DNA of 64,000 nucleotides from Longimicrobiales bacterium (lineage in GTDB: Bacteria > Gemmatimonadota > Gemmatimonadetes > Longimicrobiales > Gaopeijiaceae): the NCBI GenBank assembly GCA_965226375.1, contig CBDDCX010000005.1, positions 96,001-160,000 on the forward strand, written 5' to 3'. Within the stretch, counting starts at the first letter, position 1, and every line of letters begins with the position of its first letter. A program made the translations under genes and the position numbers. Of this stretch, positions 9,724 through 19,091 are shown one piece after another. Under the pieces are notes generated by a model. The model worked only from the letters and a program-made list of their open reading frames with translations. It searched no databases and was not told the origin of the DNA.

Positions 9724-10311
9724 TCATGTGAGACGCGCCGCCTTCAAGAGTCCTCGAAGTTCGTCGATCCGGAGCGGACCTTCAAGGCTCTGAGAGCCGA
9801 TGTGGAGGGCCGGTGTGCGGCCTACACCCTGCGCCTGCGCCTGCCGTCTCAGCTCCACGACTTCATCGAGGTGACGGTCCACGTCGAGCACAGCCTTGGT
9901 TTCGGTCAGATCCAGACCGAGGCCGACCGCCAGATCCACCAGGACGTCGACCCGCCCGATGTCGGCTCCATCCTGGAACCGTGCCTTGAAGATAGCGTCG
10001 TGCATCCGACCCTCCAGGCCCTTCTCGGCGGCGTGAAGTCGCAGTTCATGAGCCTTTCGGGTCCAGGGCATGAAATCGTGGGAGGGCAGCTCGAGGTCGA
10101 TCTCCGCCGCGAGGTCGACAGCCGACTGCCGAAGGCTCCTCCACTCCGGGCTCGCCGCATCGACCAGGTTCTCGGGGGGCGGCCGAAGCTCGAACGGATG
10201 GCGGACGATGCTCACTTCAGGGGTCAGCAGGCGACCCAGCTGCAAGTCCATCACGTAAGATCCGGGATCTACGTAGTCGAAGTAGAATACGACGTTCGCG
10301 TGCTCGTTCAC
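9724..10311 (-). CDS. DsbA/FrnE-like thioredoxin-fold protein lacking cysteines
   Basis: FYFDYVDPGSY at the CxxC position, PFELRP, TRKAHEL, IFKARFQDGADIG and GVGRTP cis-Pro loop. Confidence 0.8.
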   Translation of the reverse strand: MNEHANVVFYFDYVDPGSYVMDLQLGRLLTPEVSIVRHPFELRPPPENLVDAASPEWRSLRQSAVDLAAEIDLELPSHDFMPWTRKAHELRLHAAEKGLEGRMHDAIFKARFQDGADIGRVDVLVDLAVGLGLDLTETKAVLDVDRHLDEVVELRRQAQAQGVGRTPALHIGSQSLEGPLRIDELRGLLKAARLT

Positions 10312-10440
10312 CTGTGAAAGCTGCCGCCCTGGGGGTGTGGGATCAACCTCATCGGGGGCTTCTGAACAAAGTCTGGGTCTCGGCCCCCAAGTCCTGACGG
10401 CCTTACTTGATCGAGGGATGACCTCCCTCGATATTCCCGG

Positions 10441-11649
10441 ATGAAATACAGCGACAACATCTCCCGGCTTCAGCCCTCGGCCACCATCGCCGTGAGCTCA
10501 TTGGCCAAGCGCCTCCAGGCCGAAGGTCGTGACATCATCGACCTGAGCGCCGGTGAGCCCGACTTCGACACGCCCGCATGGATTTCCGGGGCGGCCATTG
10601 AAGGCATCCATGCAGGCAAGACGCGGTACACCCCCACACCCGGGATGCCCGAGCTCAGGCGCGCCATTGCCGGATACCTCGAATCGGTGGCCGGCCGCCC
10701 CATCGATTGGGAGGGTGTCGTTGTCGGAAATGGTGCCAAGCAGTCCCTGTTCAACGCCATCTTCGCGCTGTTCGGGCCGGGCGACGAGGTCCTGGTGGCG
10801 ACTCCATTCTGGACGAGCTACCCGCAGATCGTCTCCCTCGCCCGGGCGGAGCCGGTCCCGGTCTCGGGAAGTGCGGATCGCAATTTCCTGCTTACGCCCG
10901 ACGATCTCGATTCGGCGTACACCGAAAAGACCAAGGGACTCATTTTGTGCTCCCCCTGTAATCCCACGGGAGCCGTTTATTCGCAGGACGAATTACGGAC
11001 GATCACCGAGTGGGCCAGGGATCGTGACGTGTGCCTTGTGGCGGACGAGATCTACCGGGAGATCTATTTCGGTGACGATCGGGCTTCGGCCCCGAGCATC
11101 CTCGAGCTCGCGGAGGCTTCGTTGGGCCGGCACGTATTAATCGATGGCGCCTCGAAGGCCTTTGCCATGACGGGTTGGCGCATCGGCTTCTCATACTCCG
11201 ATGTGGAGACAGCAAAGAAGCTGAATTCTCTTCAGAGCCATACCACCTCGAATGCGGCGGCGCCGTCCCAGATGGCCGCCCTGAGCGCTTTTGGCGATCC
11301 GGCACGTGCCCGGGGAGCGGCTCAGGAGATGGTCGTGGCGTTTCGTCGCCGGAGAGATCTGGTCGTCAAGCTCCTGAGGGAGCTGCTCCCGGAGCTCGCA
11401 TTCGTGGAGCCCACGGGGGCGTTCTACTTCTTCATTCGGGTGGACTCGCTCTTCCGGGACGGGATCTCGGGCTCCGCGGATCTGTGCACCTGGCTCATCG
11501 AGGAGACGGGGGTCGCCATGGTGCCCGGAGTGGCTTTCGGTGACGACCGATACGTCCGTATCAGCTTTGCCACATCGGATGAGTTGCTTCAGAAGGCCAT
11601 CGAGCGGGTCGCCGGCGCGATACGGGAGTCGGCGTCCGCGGCTGGCTGA
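10441..11649 (+). CDS. aspC: Class I/II PLP-dependent aminotransferase (aspartate aminotransferase-like)
   Basis: LSAGEPDFDTP, SPCNPTG, DEIY, and SKAFAMTGWRIG containing the PLP lysine. Confidence 0.9.
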   Translation: MKYSDNISRLQPSATIAVSSLAKRLQAEGRDIIDLSAGEPDFDTPAWISGAAIEGIHAGKTRYTPTPGMPELRRAIAGYLESVAGRPIDWEGVVVGNGAKQSLFNAIFALFGPGDEVLVATPFWTSYPQIVSLARAEPVPVSGSADRNFLLTPDDLDSAYTEKTKGLILCSPCNPTGAVYSQDELRTITEWARDRDVCLVADEIYREIYFGDDRASAPSILELAEASLGRHVLIDGASKAFAMTGWRIGFSYSDVETAKKLNSLQSHTTSNAAAPSQMAALSAFGDPARARGAAQEMVVAFRRRRDLVVKLLRELLPELAFVEPTGAFYFFIRVDSLFRDGISGSADLCTWLIEETGVAMVPGVAFGDDRYVRISFATSDELLQKAIERVAGAIRESASAAG

Positions 11650-11722
11650 TGTCGGGAGTCGGGCCGTTACGTGACATGGGTTTCGAAGTCCGGATGCAGC
11701 CGTCATTGGCACGGGAGGATTA

Positions 11723-12460
11723 ATGGGAGGCGCCACAACCCAGCGACGTACCGTCTCTCGGATTCTGGAAGGCCTTGGCATCGTACTATCGATCCTGCTG
11801 GCCTTCGCAATCGACGCTTGGTGGACCGACGTGCAGGTGAGAAGAGAAGTCCAGCAGCACCTGCTTGCATTGGTCGGCGAGGTCGAGGCGGCAAGGCAAG
11901 GCTTCGAGGCGCGAATCGAACAGTACCGCACTGCAGACGCGACTATTGGTCACTTGATCGGTGCTGCGCAGGCGTACCCATCCAATTCGACAGAGTTTGA
12001 GCCGCTGTTCTTTGAGCTAGGTCCTTTCGCTGCCTACCAGCCGCCTCAGGCCGCACTCGACGACCTCGTAAACTCAGGAACAATGGCGCAAATCGAGGAT
12101 GACGATGTGCGCAGGGCAGTGGCCGCATACATCCGCGCGTTGGAGCGCGATTTGGCTGAACAAACGCGCCTCGAAGACAATTGGTTCAATGAAATGCAGC
12201 CCTTTTGGCTGGAGTACGTCAACCTGAGGGGCCTCATTGAGGCTAGCGAGCCTGATCCGGGCAGCGGCTTCGGATTGATCCTCGAACGAGTTCCAAGCCA
12301 CTCACCGGAGTCGCGATACGGGGAACTGTTTGCGCAGCCACGCTTCGAGAATCTGCTCGTGAACAGGTCTATCTATCACTCCCGGATCCAAAGCACTCAC
12401 CTCGATGTCGTGCGAGCGATTGACCAGCTACACAAGGCGACCACCCAACCGGCCAACTAG
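11723..12460 (+). CDS. Hypothetical protein with N-terminal membrane anchor (DUF6090-like)
   Basis: EGLGIVLSILLAFAIDAWW TM helix, then a coiled region and DLVNSG motif. GGAGG RBS; visibly more A/T-ending codons than neighbours. Confidence 0.7.
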   Translation: MGGATTQRRTVSRILEGLGIVLSILLAFAIDAWWTDVQVRREVQQHLLALVGEVEAARQGFEARIEQYRTADATIGHLIGAAQAYPSNSTEFEPLFFELGPFAAYQPPQAALDDLVNSGTMAQIEDDDVRRAVAAYIRALERDLAEQTRLEDNWFNEMQPFWLEYVNLRGLIEASEPDPGSGFGLILERVPSHSPESRYGELFAQPRFENLLVNRSIYHSRIQSTHLDVVRAIDQLHKATTQPAN

Positions 12461-12498
12461 GTCATCGCCGACCTTTCACCGAACCCAGCGCTTCGCGG

Positions 12499-12536
12499 AC
12501 ACTCCGCACCGCATACGTACGTTTGAAACGGGATCA
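12499..12536 (+). repeat. Imperfect direct repeat, copy 1 (copy 2 at 14307-14344)
   Basis: ACACTCCGCACCGCATACGTACGTTTGAAACGGGATCA vs ACGCTCCACATCGTATACGTACGACTGGAACTCGATCA, 29/38 identical without gaps. Confidence 0.7.
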
Positions 12537-12698
12537 GAGTCGTTCACGGACCCCTGACTCGCTCCCGTTCGTCCCTTGGCATCGACCCGTGCACCAGCGC
12601 TGGTGGCTTGCCGACGGAAAGGACCCCACCTTATTTGTAGCGAGCCAACCGCTTCTTACGAAGCCAGGAAGCGTCACAACTCGGAAAGGCTCGCCAAG

Positions 12699-13340
12699 AT
12701 GCCAGACCAGTGGGAGTTCAAGAGCCGCACCTACGACAACTGCAATTGCGACATGAACTGCGGTTGTCAATTCAACTTGCCCAGTACACATGGCTTTTGT
12801 CAGACAGCCTACATGGGCACCGTGGAAGAAGGCCACTTCGATGAGACGCCGCTCGCCGGCCTGAGGTGGGCGGGTCTTTGGAAATGGCCTGGAGAGATCG
12901 CGGAGGGTAACGGCACCCGCCAGATCATCATTGATGAGCGGGCAGACGAAGCTCAACGGGTAGCGCTCAAGACGATCATCTCGGGTGAGGCGTGCGTTCC
13001 CCTGAGCAATGTCTTCTCCGTCTACGGCTCCATGTGCGAGCACTTTCTCGACACCTTGTTCCTGCCCATCGAGCTCGAGGCGGATTTCGACCAACGGACA
13101 GCGACGGCTCACATTCCCGGCATCCTGACCAGCCGCGGCAGGCCTCTGATCAACGACTTCAATGGTGAACCCTTCCACGTTGCATTGGCTCGCCCCAGTG
13201 GGAGCGTCGAGTTCACGCGCGCGGAACTCGGACTTGCGACGACCACGGTGACCGGTGGAATGGACATGGCATTCGAAGATTCCTATGGCATGTGGTGCGT
13301 TCTCCACTTCACTCAGGACGGATTGATCCGCACTGAGTGA
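12699..13340 (+). CDS. DUF1326 family protein (Cys-rich N-terminus)
   Basis: NCNCDMNCGCQF...HGFC, WPGEIAEGNG and IDERADEAQR motifs; GGAAAGG RBS. Confidence 0.85.
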   Translation: MPDQWEFKSRTYDNCNCDMNCGCQFNLPSTHGFCQTAYMGTVEEGHFDETPLAGLRWAGLWKWPGEIAEGNGTRQIIIDERADEAQRVALKTIISGEACVPLSNVFSVYGSMCEHFLDTLFLPIELEADFDQRTATAHIPGILTSRGRPLINDFNGEPFHVALARPSGSVEFTRAELGLATTTVTGGMDMAFEDSYGMWCVLHFTQDGLIRTE

Positions 13341-13444
13341 TGTCAGGCCGGTATGCCCTGAGGGGGGATCTCCGGCAGGTCCGGTATCGACGCATGCCGA
13401 CATGCCATACTCGTAGGTCCTGGTCCTGTTGAGCCTGAAGACGG

Positions 13445-14271
13445 ATGACGGTCTCCATCGACGCCACACTCGAGGCCGTAGTTAGACGCGATCGCCGGGT
13501 CGTAATTGCCGCGCTTACTACGGTGATCGCCCTGTCGTGGGGGTATCTGCTGGTCGGCGCAGGTATGAGCACGACGGCGTTTGAGATGACCCGCATGTCG
13601 CAGCTCGGGATACCGGAGCCCATGGCCGGCACGCCGATGATGACACCCGCCAGCTGGACGCTCGGCTATGCGGTCCTGATGTTCTTCATGTGGTGGATCA
13701 TGATGCTCGCGATGATGCTTCCCAGCGCGGCGCCGGTGGTCCTTTTGTTCGCGATGGTCAACCGCAAGCAGCGCGAAACCGGCCATCCTTATGTCGCGAC
13801 AAGCGTCTTCGCCTTCGGTTATCTCGCCGTTTGGGCTGGCTTCAGCCTAGTCGCAGTGATCCTGCAGTGGGGATTCGAGCGTGCGGATCTCCTCTCACCG
13901 ACCCTCGTCGGGGCCAACGTGATCTTCGGGGGTGTCCTGCTGCTTTCCGCAGGTGTGTACCAGCTCACCCCGATAAAGCATGCCTGTCTTGGCCACTGCC
14001 GATCGCCACATGCGTTCCTCGGCACCCACTGGCGGCGGGGCGCCCGGGGCGCATTGCGGATGGGCCTGGAGCACGGTGCTTACTGCGTCGGCTGCTGCTG
14101 GTTCCTGATGGGGCTCCTGTTTTTCGGCGGTGTGATGAACCTCTATTGGATAGCCGGCCTCGCCCTGTTCGTCTTCTCGAAAAAACCGTCCCCGCCGGCC
14201 ACTGGCTGGGCTATGCCACCGGCGTCGCTTTGTCCGTCTGGGGAGTCGTGATGCTATCGCTCGCGTTCTGA
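13445..14271 (+). CDS. DUF2182 predicted metal-binding integral membrane protein (frameshift near 14173)
   Basis: WWIMMLAMMLPSAAP, YQLTPIKHACLGHCRSP and YCVGCCWFLM. The C-terminus LLEKTVPAGHWL continues in another frame to 14271. Confidence 0.88.
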
Positions 14272-14306
14272 GCGCGCTTCCACACTACGAGGAGTGGTCC
14301 GTCACC

Positions 14307-14352
14307 ACGCTCCACATCGTATACGTACGACTGGAACTCGATCATACGTATA
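14307..14352 (+). repeat. Imperfect direct repeat, copy 2, containing an 11-bp dyad
   Basis: TATACGTACGA-N11-TCATACGTATA (10/11 inverted match). Confidence 0.7.
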
Positions 14353-14391
14353 GTCGTGCGGTGCTCCGGTCGTGAGTCGGTGAGCCCGTTG

Positions 14392-15300
14392 TCAGATGTG
14401 GCTCAAGACCTGCCGTAGAGTCCGAAAGGCCGAGTCCACATACGATCCGCCGAACAGGTTCACGTGCACCAGCAGCGGGTACAGCTGGTACAGGGGCCTT
14501 CGAATCTCCCGATAACCGTCATCGATGGGCCGGACCGCCGAATACGCGGCATAGAACGAGCTGGGGAAGCCACCGAACAGCTCCGTCATCGCCAAATCGA
14601 CCTCCGCATGACCTCGGTATACCGCCGGATCCACCAGGATCGGCTCGCCCGACGGGCCGGCGAAGACGTTTCCGCTCCAAAGGTCTCCGTGCAGGATTGC
14701 AGGCTGCACGCTCTCGGCGGGGATCAACCCCGTCAACCTCGTCTCTAGCAGCTCCCACTCATGCCAACTCCCGGGAAGTCGATTCGTTTCCCGCGCCATC
14801 GTCAGTTGAGGCAGGAGTCGCCGAGTCCACCAAAAGTCATCCCAATCTTCGGTTACGTCGTTGTGTTGCGGCAGTGAGCCGATGTAGTTGGAACGTTCCC
14901 AGCCGTACGGTCCTGATCGGACTCGGTGGAGGTCGGCAAGACCTCGGCCCAGTGCTTCCCAGTAGTCGTGAGTGGGACTGCCGTGGGGTATGAACTCCAG
15001 TAGCAGCCATGAGGGTGACTCGTCAGGAGTCGAGTATCCAACCACTTCGGGGACGTTCAGGCTTCCGGAGTGGGCGAGGGCCTCCAGGCCATCGGCCTCG
15101 GCGAGGAACGCGTCCTTTACCGGATCCGGGCTCCACTTTAGGAAAAAGCTCTGTCCTCGGTCGGTCGAGATCCGGAGACTGTCGTGGATGCATCCGCCCG
15201 ATATGGGGCTCGTCTCTACAATCTTTGTGGCTCCTCCGCCGAGCTCTGTGAGGTGGCCTTGAACCGAGGCCTCGAGGTCGGGAGGAATCCCAAGGCTCAA
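14392..15300 (-). CDS. Fructosamine/ribulosamine kinase family protein
   Basis: SGGCIH, FFLK, AEADGLEAL, LHGDLWSGN, DPAVYRGHAEVDLAM and YQLYPLLVHVNLFG. Confidence 0.93.
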   Translation of the reverse strand: MSLGIPPDLEASVQGHLTELGGGATKIVETSPISGGCIHDSLRISTDRGQSFFLKWSPDPVKDAFLAEADGLEALAHSGSLNVPEVVGYSTPDESPSWLLLEFIPHGSPTHDYWEALGRGLADLHRVRSGPYGWERSNYIGSLPQHNDVTEDWDDFWWTRRLLPQLTMARETNRLPGSWHEWELLETRLTGLIPAESVQPAILHGDLWSGNVFAGPSGEPILVDPAVYRGHAEVDLAMTELFGGFPSSFYAAYSAVRPIDDGYREIRRPLYQLYPLLVHVNLFGGSYVDSAFRTLRQVLSHI

Positions 15301-15791
15301 GAGGCAAGCTCGTCACGCAGATGATCCACCAGGGCCTCACAGGTCCGATCGACCATCTCGAAGACCCGTTGAAAGCCGTCGGCACCCCCGTAATAGGGGT
15401 CGGGGACGTCGGGATCACCGTCCGGATCGGAGTCGAACTCCAGAAAGAGCTTGATGGCGGCGTCGGAGCCGCTTCCCGACTCGAGATCTTTGAGGTCCTC
15501 GAGGTTGCTGCGATCCATGGCCAGAACGAGGTCGAACTCGAAGAAGTCCTCCAGACGCACGCGACGTGCCTTACCGGGCAGTTCGATCCCGTTCTGTGCA
15601 GCCACGGCGATCGACCGCGAATCCGGGGCCTGCCCGACGTGCCAGGCCCCCGTACCGGCCGAGTCGACGTAGACGAGGTCGGACAGTCCAGCGGCCACGA
15701 GCCGATGCGCCAGAACCCCTTCGGCCAGCGGTGACCGGCAGATGTTACCCAGACAGACGAATAGAACAGATATCTCGTGATTGCTCGTCAT
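15297..15791 (-). CDS. Low-molecular-weight protein-tyrosine phosphatase
   Basis: VCLGNICRSP P-loop, DSAGT and VPDPYYG. Confidence 0.95.
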   Translation of the reverse strand: MTSNHEISVLFVCLGNICRSPLAEGVLAHRLVAAGLSDLVYVDSAGTGAWHVGQAPDSRSIAVAAQNGIELPGKARRVRLEDFFEFDLVLAMDRSNLEDLKDLESGSGSDAAIKLFLEFDSDPDGDPDVPDPYYGGADGFQRVFEMVDRTCEALVDHLRDELAS

Positions 15792-15923
15792 GGCATCTCA
15801 GTGATCGTACGTCTTTGAATATCAAGCCTTTGCCGTCAACTTATAGGCTGATTCCCAGCCTTGTGCACCCCACATTCGTGTCGAATCGTGGGCCTTGCAG
15901 GCTCCTCCCGAAGAAAAAACCCG

Positions 15924-17204
15924 GTGGAAGAAGAGACTAAGGAGGAAGCTCCCGAGGCCAAGACATTCGAGGATCTCGGGGTGTCGGCGCCGCTACGTGC
16001 CGCCATCGAGGCCCTCGGGTGGGAGCATCCGACTCCGATTCAAGTGAAGGGCATCCCGGCGGGGCTCGCGGGGCACGATTTGGTGGGGATCGCCCAGACG
16101 GGTACGGGAAAGACCGGCGCGTTCATGATCCCCTGCTTGGAGAGGATTGAGGCGGGACAGGGTCTGCAGGTCCTGGTGTTGTGTCCTACCCGAGAGCTGG
16201 CTCAGCAGGTCTGTGACGATACCGACGCTTTGGCCAAGGGCACGAAGATTCGGTCCGCGGCCATCTACGGGGGCGTCAGCTATGGCCCGCAGTTGGAGGC
16301 TCTCGACAACGGCACCGAAGTCATGGTCGCGACACCGGGGCGCTTTCTCGATCATATGGGGCGCGGTAGGGTCAAGCTCGGTGGGGTGCGCACGTTGATC
16401 CTCGATGAGGCGGATCGCATGCTCGACATGGGCTTTCGTCCGCAGATCGAGGGTGTATTACGGGAGATGAAGCGGGAGCGGCAGACCATGCTGTTCTCGG
16501 CTACCATGCCCCACGGCGTTCATGACTTGGCCTCTCGCCTCACCAAGGACGCCGTCTGGGTCGAGGCGGCCCGGTCGGGAACCAAGGCTGAGGGGATTAC
16601 CGAGGTGGTGTACTCGGTGAAGCCGGAGATGAAGCCGGACCTGCTGCTGCGCCTTCTGGAGGATCCCTCTTGGGAACAGGTACTGGTTTTCACAAAAACC
16701 AAAGCGGGCGCCGACGCGCTCAAGACCCGTCTCGATCGCCACGGCATCCGTACCGAGGCCTTGCACTCGAATCTCCGCATGGCTCATCGGACCCGGGCTT
16801 TGGAGCGCTTTGCCGAGAAGAAGGTGCGGGTTCTGGTAGCGACCGACATCGCCCAGAGGGGCCTTGATGTGGAAGGCATCTCTCACGTGGTCAACTACGA
16901 CGTGCCCCAAGATCCCGAGGACTACACGCACCGCATCGGTCGAACCGCCCGTGCGGGCGCCGTCGGTACTGCGGTGACGTTTGTGGCGGCCGCCGACCTC
17001 GGGGCCTTCAAGTCGCTCATGTACCACATCGAACGTGACCTGGACCGGGTGCACCTTCCCGAGTTCGATTACACGGGCACGCCGCAGACGGCCTCTAGCG
17101 CGTCGCCCACTCGGGGGCGCCACTCCCGCTCTCCGACCGGCATGGGATCCCGCACTGCAGACGAGCTCACCGACGAAGAGCTGGCGAAACTCCTCGAGTA
17201 CTAG
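15924..17204 (+). CDS. DEAD-box RNA helicase (RhlE-like)
   Basis: AQTGTGKT, PTRELA, TPGR, DEAD, SAT and HRIGRTAR are all intact. Start placed at GTG 15924. Confidence 0.93.
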   Translation: MEEETKEEAPEAKTFEDLGVSAPLRAAIEALGWEHPTPIQVKGIPAGLAGHDLVGIAQTGTGKTGAFMIPCLERIEAGQGLQVLVLCPTRELAQQVCDDTDALAKGTKIRSAAIYGGVSYGPQLEALDNGTEVMVATPGRFLDHMGRGRVKLGGVRTLILDEADRMLDMGFRPQIEGVLREMKRERQTMLFSATMPHGVHDLASRLTKDAVWVEAARSGTKAEGITEVVYSVKPEMKPDLLLRLLEDPSWEQVLVFTKTKAGADALKTRLDRHGIRTEALHSNLRMAHRTRALERFAEKKVRVLVATDIAQRGLDVEGISHVVNYDVPQDPEDYTHRIGRTARAGAVGTAVTFVAAADLGAFKSLMYHIERDLDRVHLPEFDYTGTPQTASSASPTRGRHSRSPTGMGSRTADELTDEELAKLLEY

Positions 17205-17240
17205 TGTGGTGTAGCAACGACTCTGATTCCAGGACTGGGA

Positions 17241-17647
17241 ATGATACTGCGCCGATACGGGAACAACGTTGAGAGCGTCGAGGTGAATTGCGACTCCAAG
17301 GCCCTCACTGAAATCGGGTTCCGTCGAGATCACGAGCTCTCCATGGCAGCAGACGGATTTCTCGAGAGTCACGAGAAACTCTCCGAACATTCCCTGACGG
17401 CCGAGGCGGAGGGGGACGTGCAGGACGAGGTCGAGTCCGTGATGCTGGATCATCTGCTCGGGCGACTGTCCAGCCTCCATGAGTCTCTGGGTGAGGAACA
17501 GCTTCTCTTCATAGAGAGCGAGAAGGGCACGGACTACCCCCGAACCAAGACTCGACAGAAGAATGTGGTGGTGGAGGGTGAGACCGACTCTACTTCTACT
17601 CCAGCATCGATCCGCCGTTGAGGGTCGGACTCTACAAGGCGCACTAG
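17241..17647 (+). CDS. Hypothetical protein (frameshift near 17583)
   Basis: Acidic ORF. One extra A restores GENRLYFYSSIDPPLRVGLYKAH*, ending 6 nt before ilvA. Confidence 0.65.
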
Positions 17648-17653
17648 AAGGCC

Positions 17654-18868
17654 ATGCCCCTCACCCTGCGTGACATCGAGGAAGCCGGCACGCGCATACA
17701 GGACTCCGTGAACCGCACGCCCTGTGCAGCCTCGAACGTTTTCGAGGATCTGGTTCCCTGTAACCTGGCGTTCAAGTTCGAGAACCTGCAACGGACGGGA
17801 TCCTTCAAGGCTCGCGGCGCCGGCAACAAGCTACTCCAGCTGACCGACGGCCAGCGTTCTAGAGGGGTCGTAACGGCGAGCGCCGGCAACCACGCGCAGG
17901 CCGTAGCTTATCACGCCGCACGTCTGGGTGTACCCGCGATGGTGGTCATGCCCGTCACGACTCCGCTGATCAAGGTGACCAACACTCGTCGTCACGGCGC
18001 CACGATCGCCCTCTCGGGCAACTCACTCTCCGAGGCCATGGTCGAGGCTCGGCGACTGGAGTCCGATCAGGGTCTGGTCATGGTCCACCCGTATGACGAC
18101 GAGGCCGTGATCGCCGGGCAGGGCACCATCGCGCTGGAGATTCTGGAGCAGTGCCCCGGGGTGACCCACGCGATCGTCCCGATTGGCGGTGGGGGCGTGA
18201 TTTCGGGTGTGGCCCTCGGGCTGAAGAGCAGCAATCCCGAGATCAAGGTGATCGGAGTCGCGGCGGCCGCAGCTCCTTCGGCAAGCCTGTCACGAGAACA
18301 AGGCCACATCGTCGACGCGGAGAGTGGCGAGACGATTGCCGACGGAATTGCGGTCAAGCGGCTGGGAGAGATCACATTTCCCCTCATCGAGGAGCTCGTG
18401 GACGATATCGTCGTCGTAGAGGACGAGGAGATCGCAAGCGCCATTCTCATGCTGTTGGAGCGCGAGAAGATGGTGGTAGAGGGAGCCGGTGCAGTGCCCC
18501 TTGCCGCTCTCATCGCCGGTTACATCGACGTGTCGGCGGGAGATACCGTGGTCCCTGTCTTATGCGGTGGGAACATCGACATCAACATCATCTCGCGCAT
18601 CATCGATCGGGGCCTGGTGGCCGATGGACGGCTCGCCCGCCTGATGGTCAAGGTGAGAGATCGTCCGGGAGCACTTGCGAGCCTGACCAGCCTCGCGGCG
18701 CAGTTGGGGGCCAACGTCTTGGAGATCGCGCACAGAAGGGCCTTCGCCGATATCTCCGTGGGCGACGTCGAGATCGTGATGCACCTCGAGACTCGAGGTA
18801 GGGAGCACGTGGACGAGATCATCGTTGCGCTCGAGGCCCTCGGTCATTCGGTCGAGGAAGACCATTGA
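17654..18868 (+). CDS. ilvA: Threonine ammonia-lyase with C-terminal ACT domain
   Basis: KFENLQRTGSFKARGA, SAGNHAQ, PIGGGG, CGGNID and DRPGAL ACT motif. Confidence 0.92.
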   Translation: MPLTLRDIEEAGTRIQDSVNRTPCAASNVFEDLVPCNLAFKFENLQRTGSFKARGAGNKLLQLTDGQRSRGVVTASAGNHAQAVAYHAARLGVPAMVVMPVTTPLIKVTNTRRHGATIALSGNSLSEAMVEARRLESDQGLVMVHPYDDEAVIAGQGTIALEILEQCPGVTHAIVPIGGGGVISGVALGLKSSNPEIKVIGVAAAAAPSASLSREQGHIVDAESGETIADGIAVKRLGEITFPLIEELVDDIVVVEDEEIASAILMLLEREKMVVEGAGAVPLAALIAGYIDVSAGDTVVPVLCGGNIDINIISRIIDRGLVADGRLARLMVKVRDRPGALASLTSLAAQLGANVLEIAHRRAFADISVGDVEIVMHLETRGREHVDEIIVALEALGHSVEEDH

Positions 18869-18949
18869 TGGCCTGATCGCGCCTGACCGGTCATCCCCTT
18901 GCGACGGACTCGCTGTAATTCTGAGCTGTAAACGCGGTAGGTGTTCGTG

Positions 18950-19091
18950 CAGGAACGGCGTGGGGATGCAACCGATTGAATCCTTCGGGCATCCAACACG
19001 TAAGGAAAGCAGACGGGATGGGATGTGGATGTGGGTGAGGATGTGTTGGGACCGACTCGGTGGTACGGTGCGGACACAAGGGTCGGGAGGA
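18950..19091 (+). ncRNA. Candidate GGA-rich small RNA or long 3' UTR (continues at 20495 after the IS256)
   Basis: 11 GGA trinucleotides in about 140 nt and no credible ORF; a plus-strand terminator follows once the IS is removed. Confidence 0.35.

Noticed and set aside
12450..12530. Integron attC site after the DUF6090-like gene
   Set aside because: No proper RYYYAAC...GTTRRRY pair with internal dyad, and no integrase.
19015..19045. GGATGG/GGATGT short repeats as a CRISPR array or a PHPHPH-encoding ORF
   Set aside because: No repeat-spacer periodicity, no cas genes, and the ORFs lack support.
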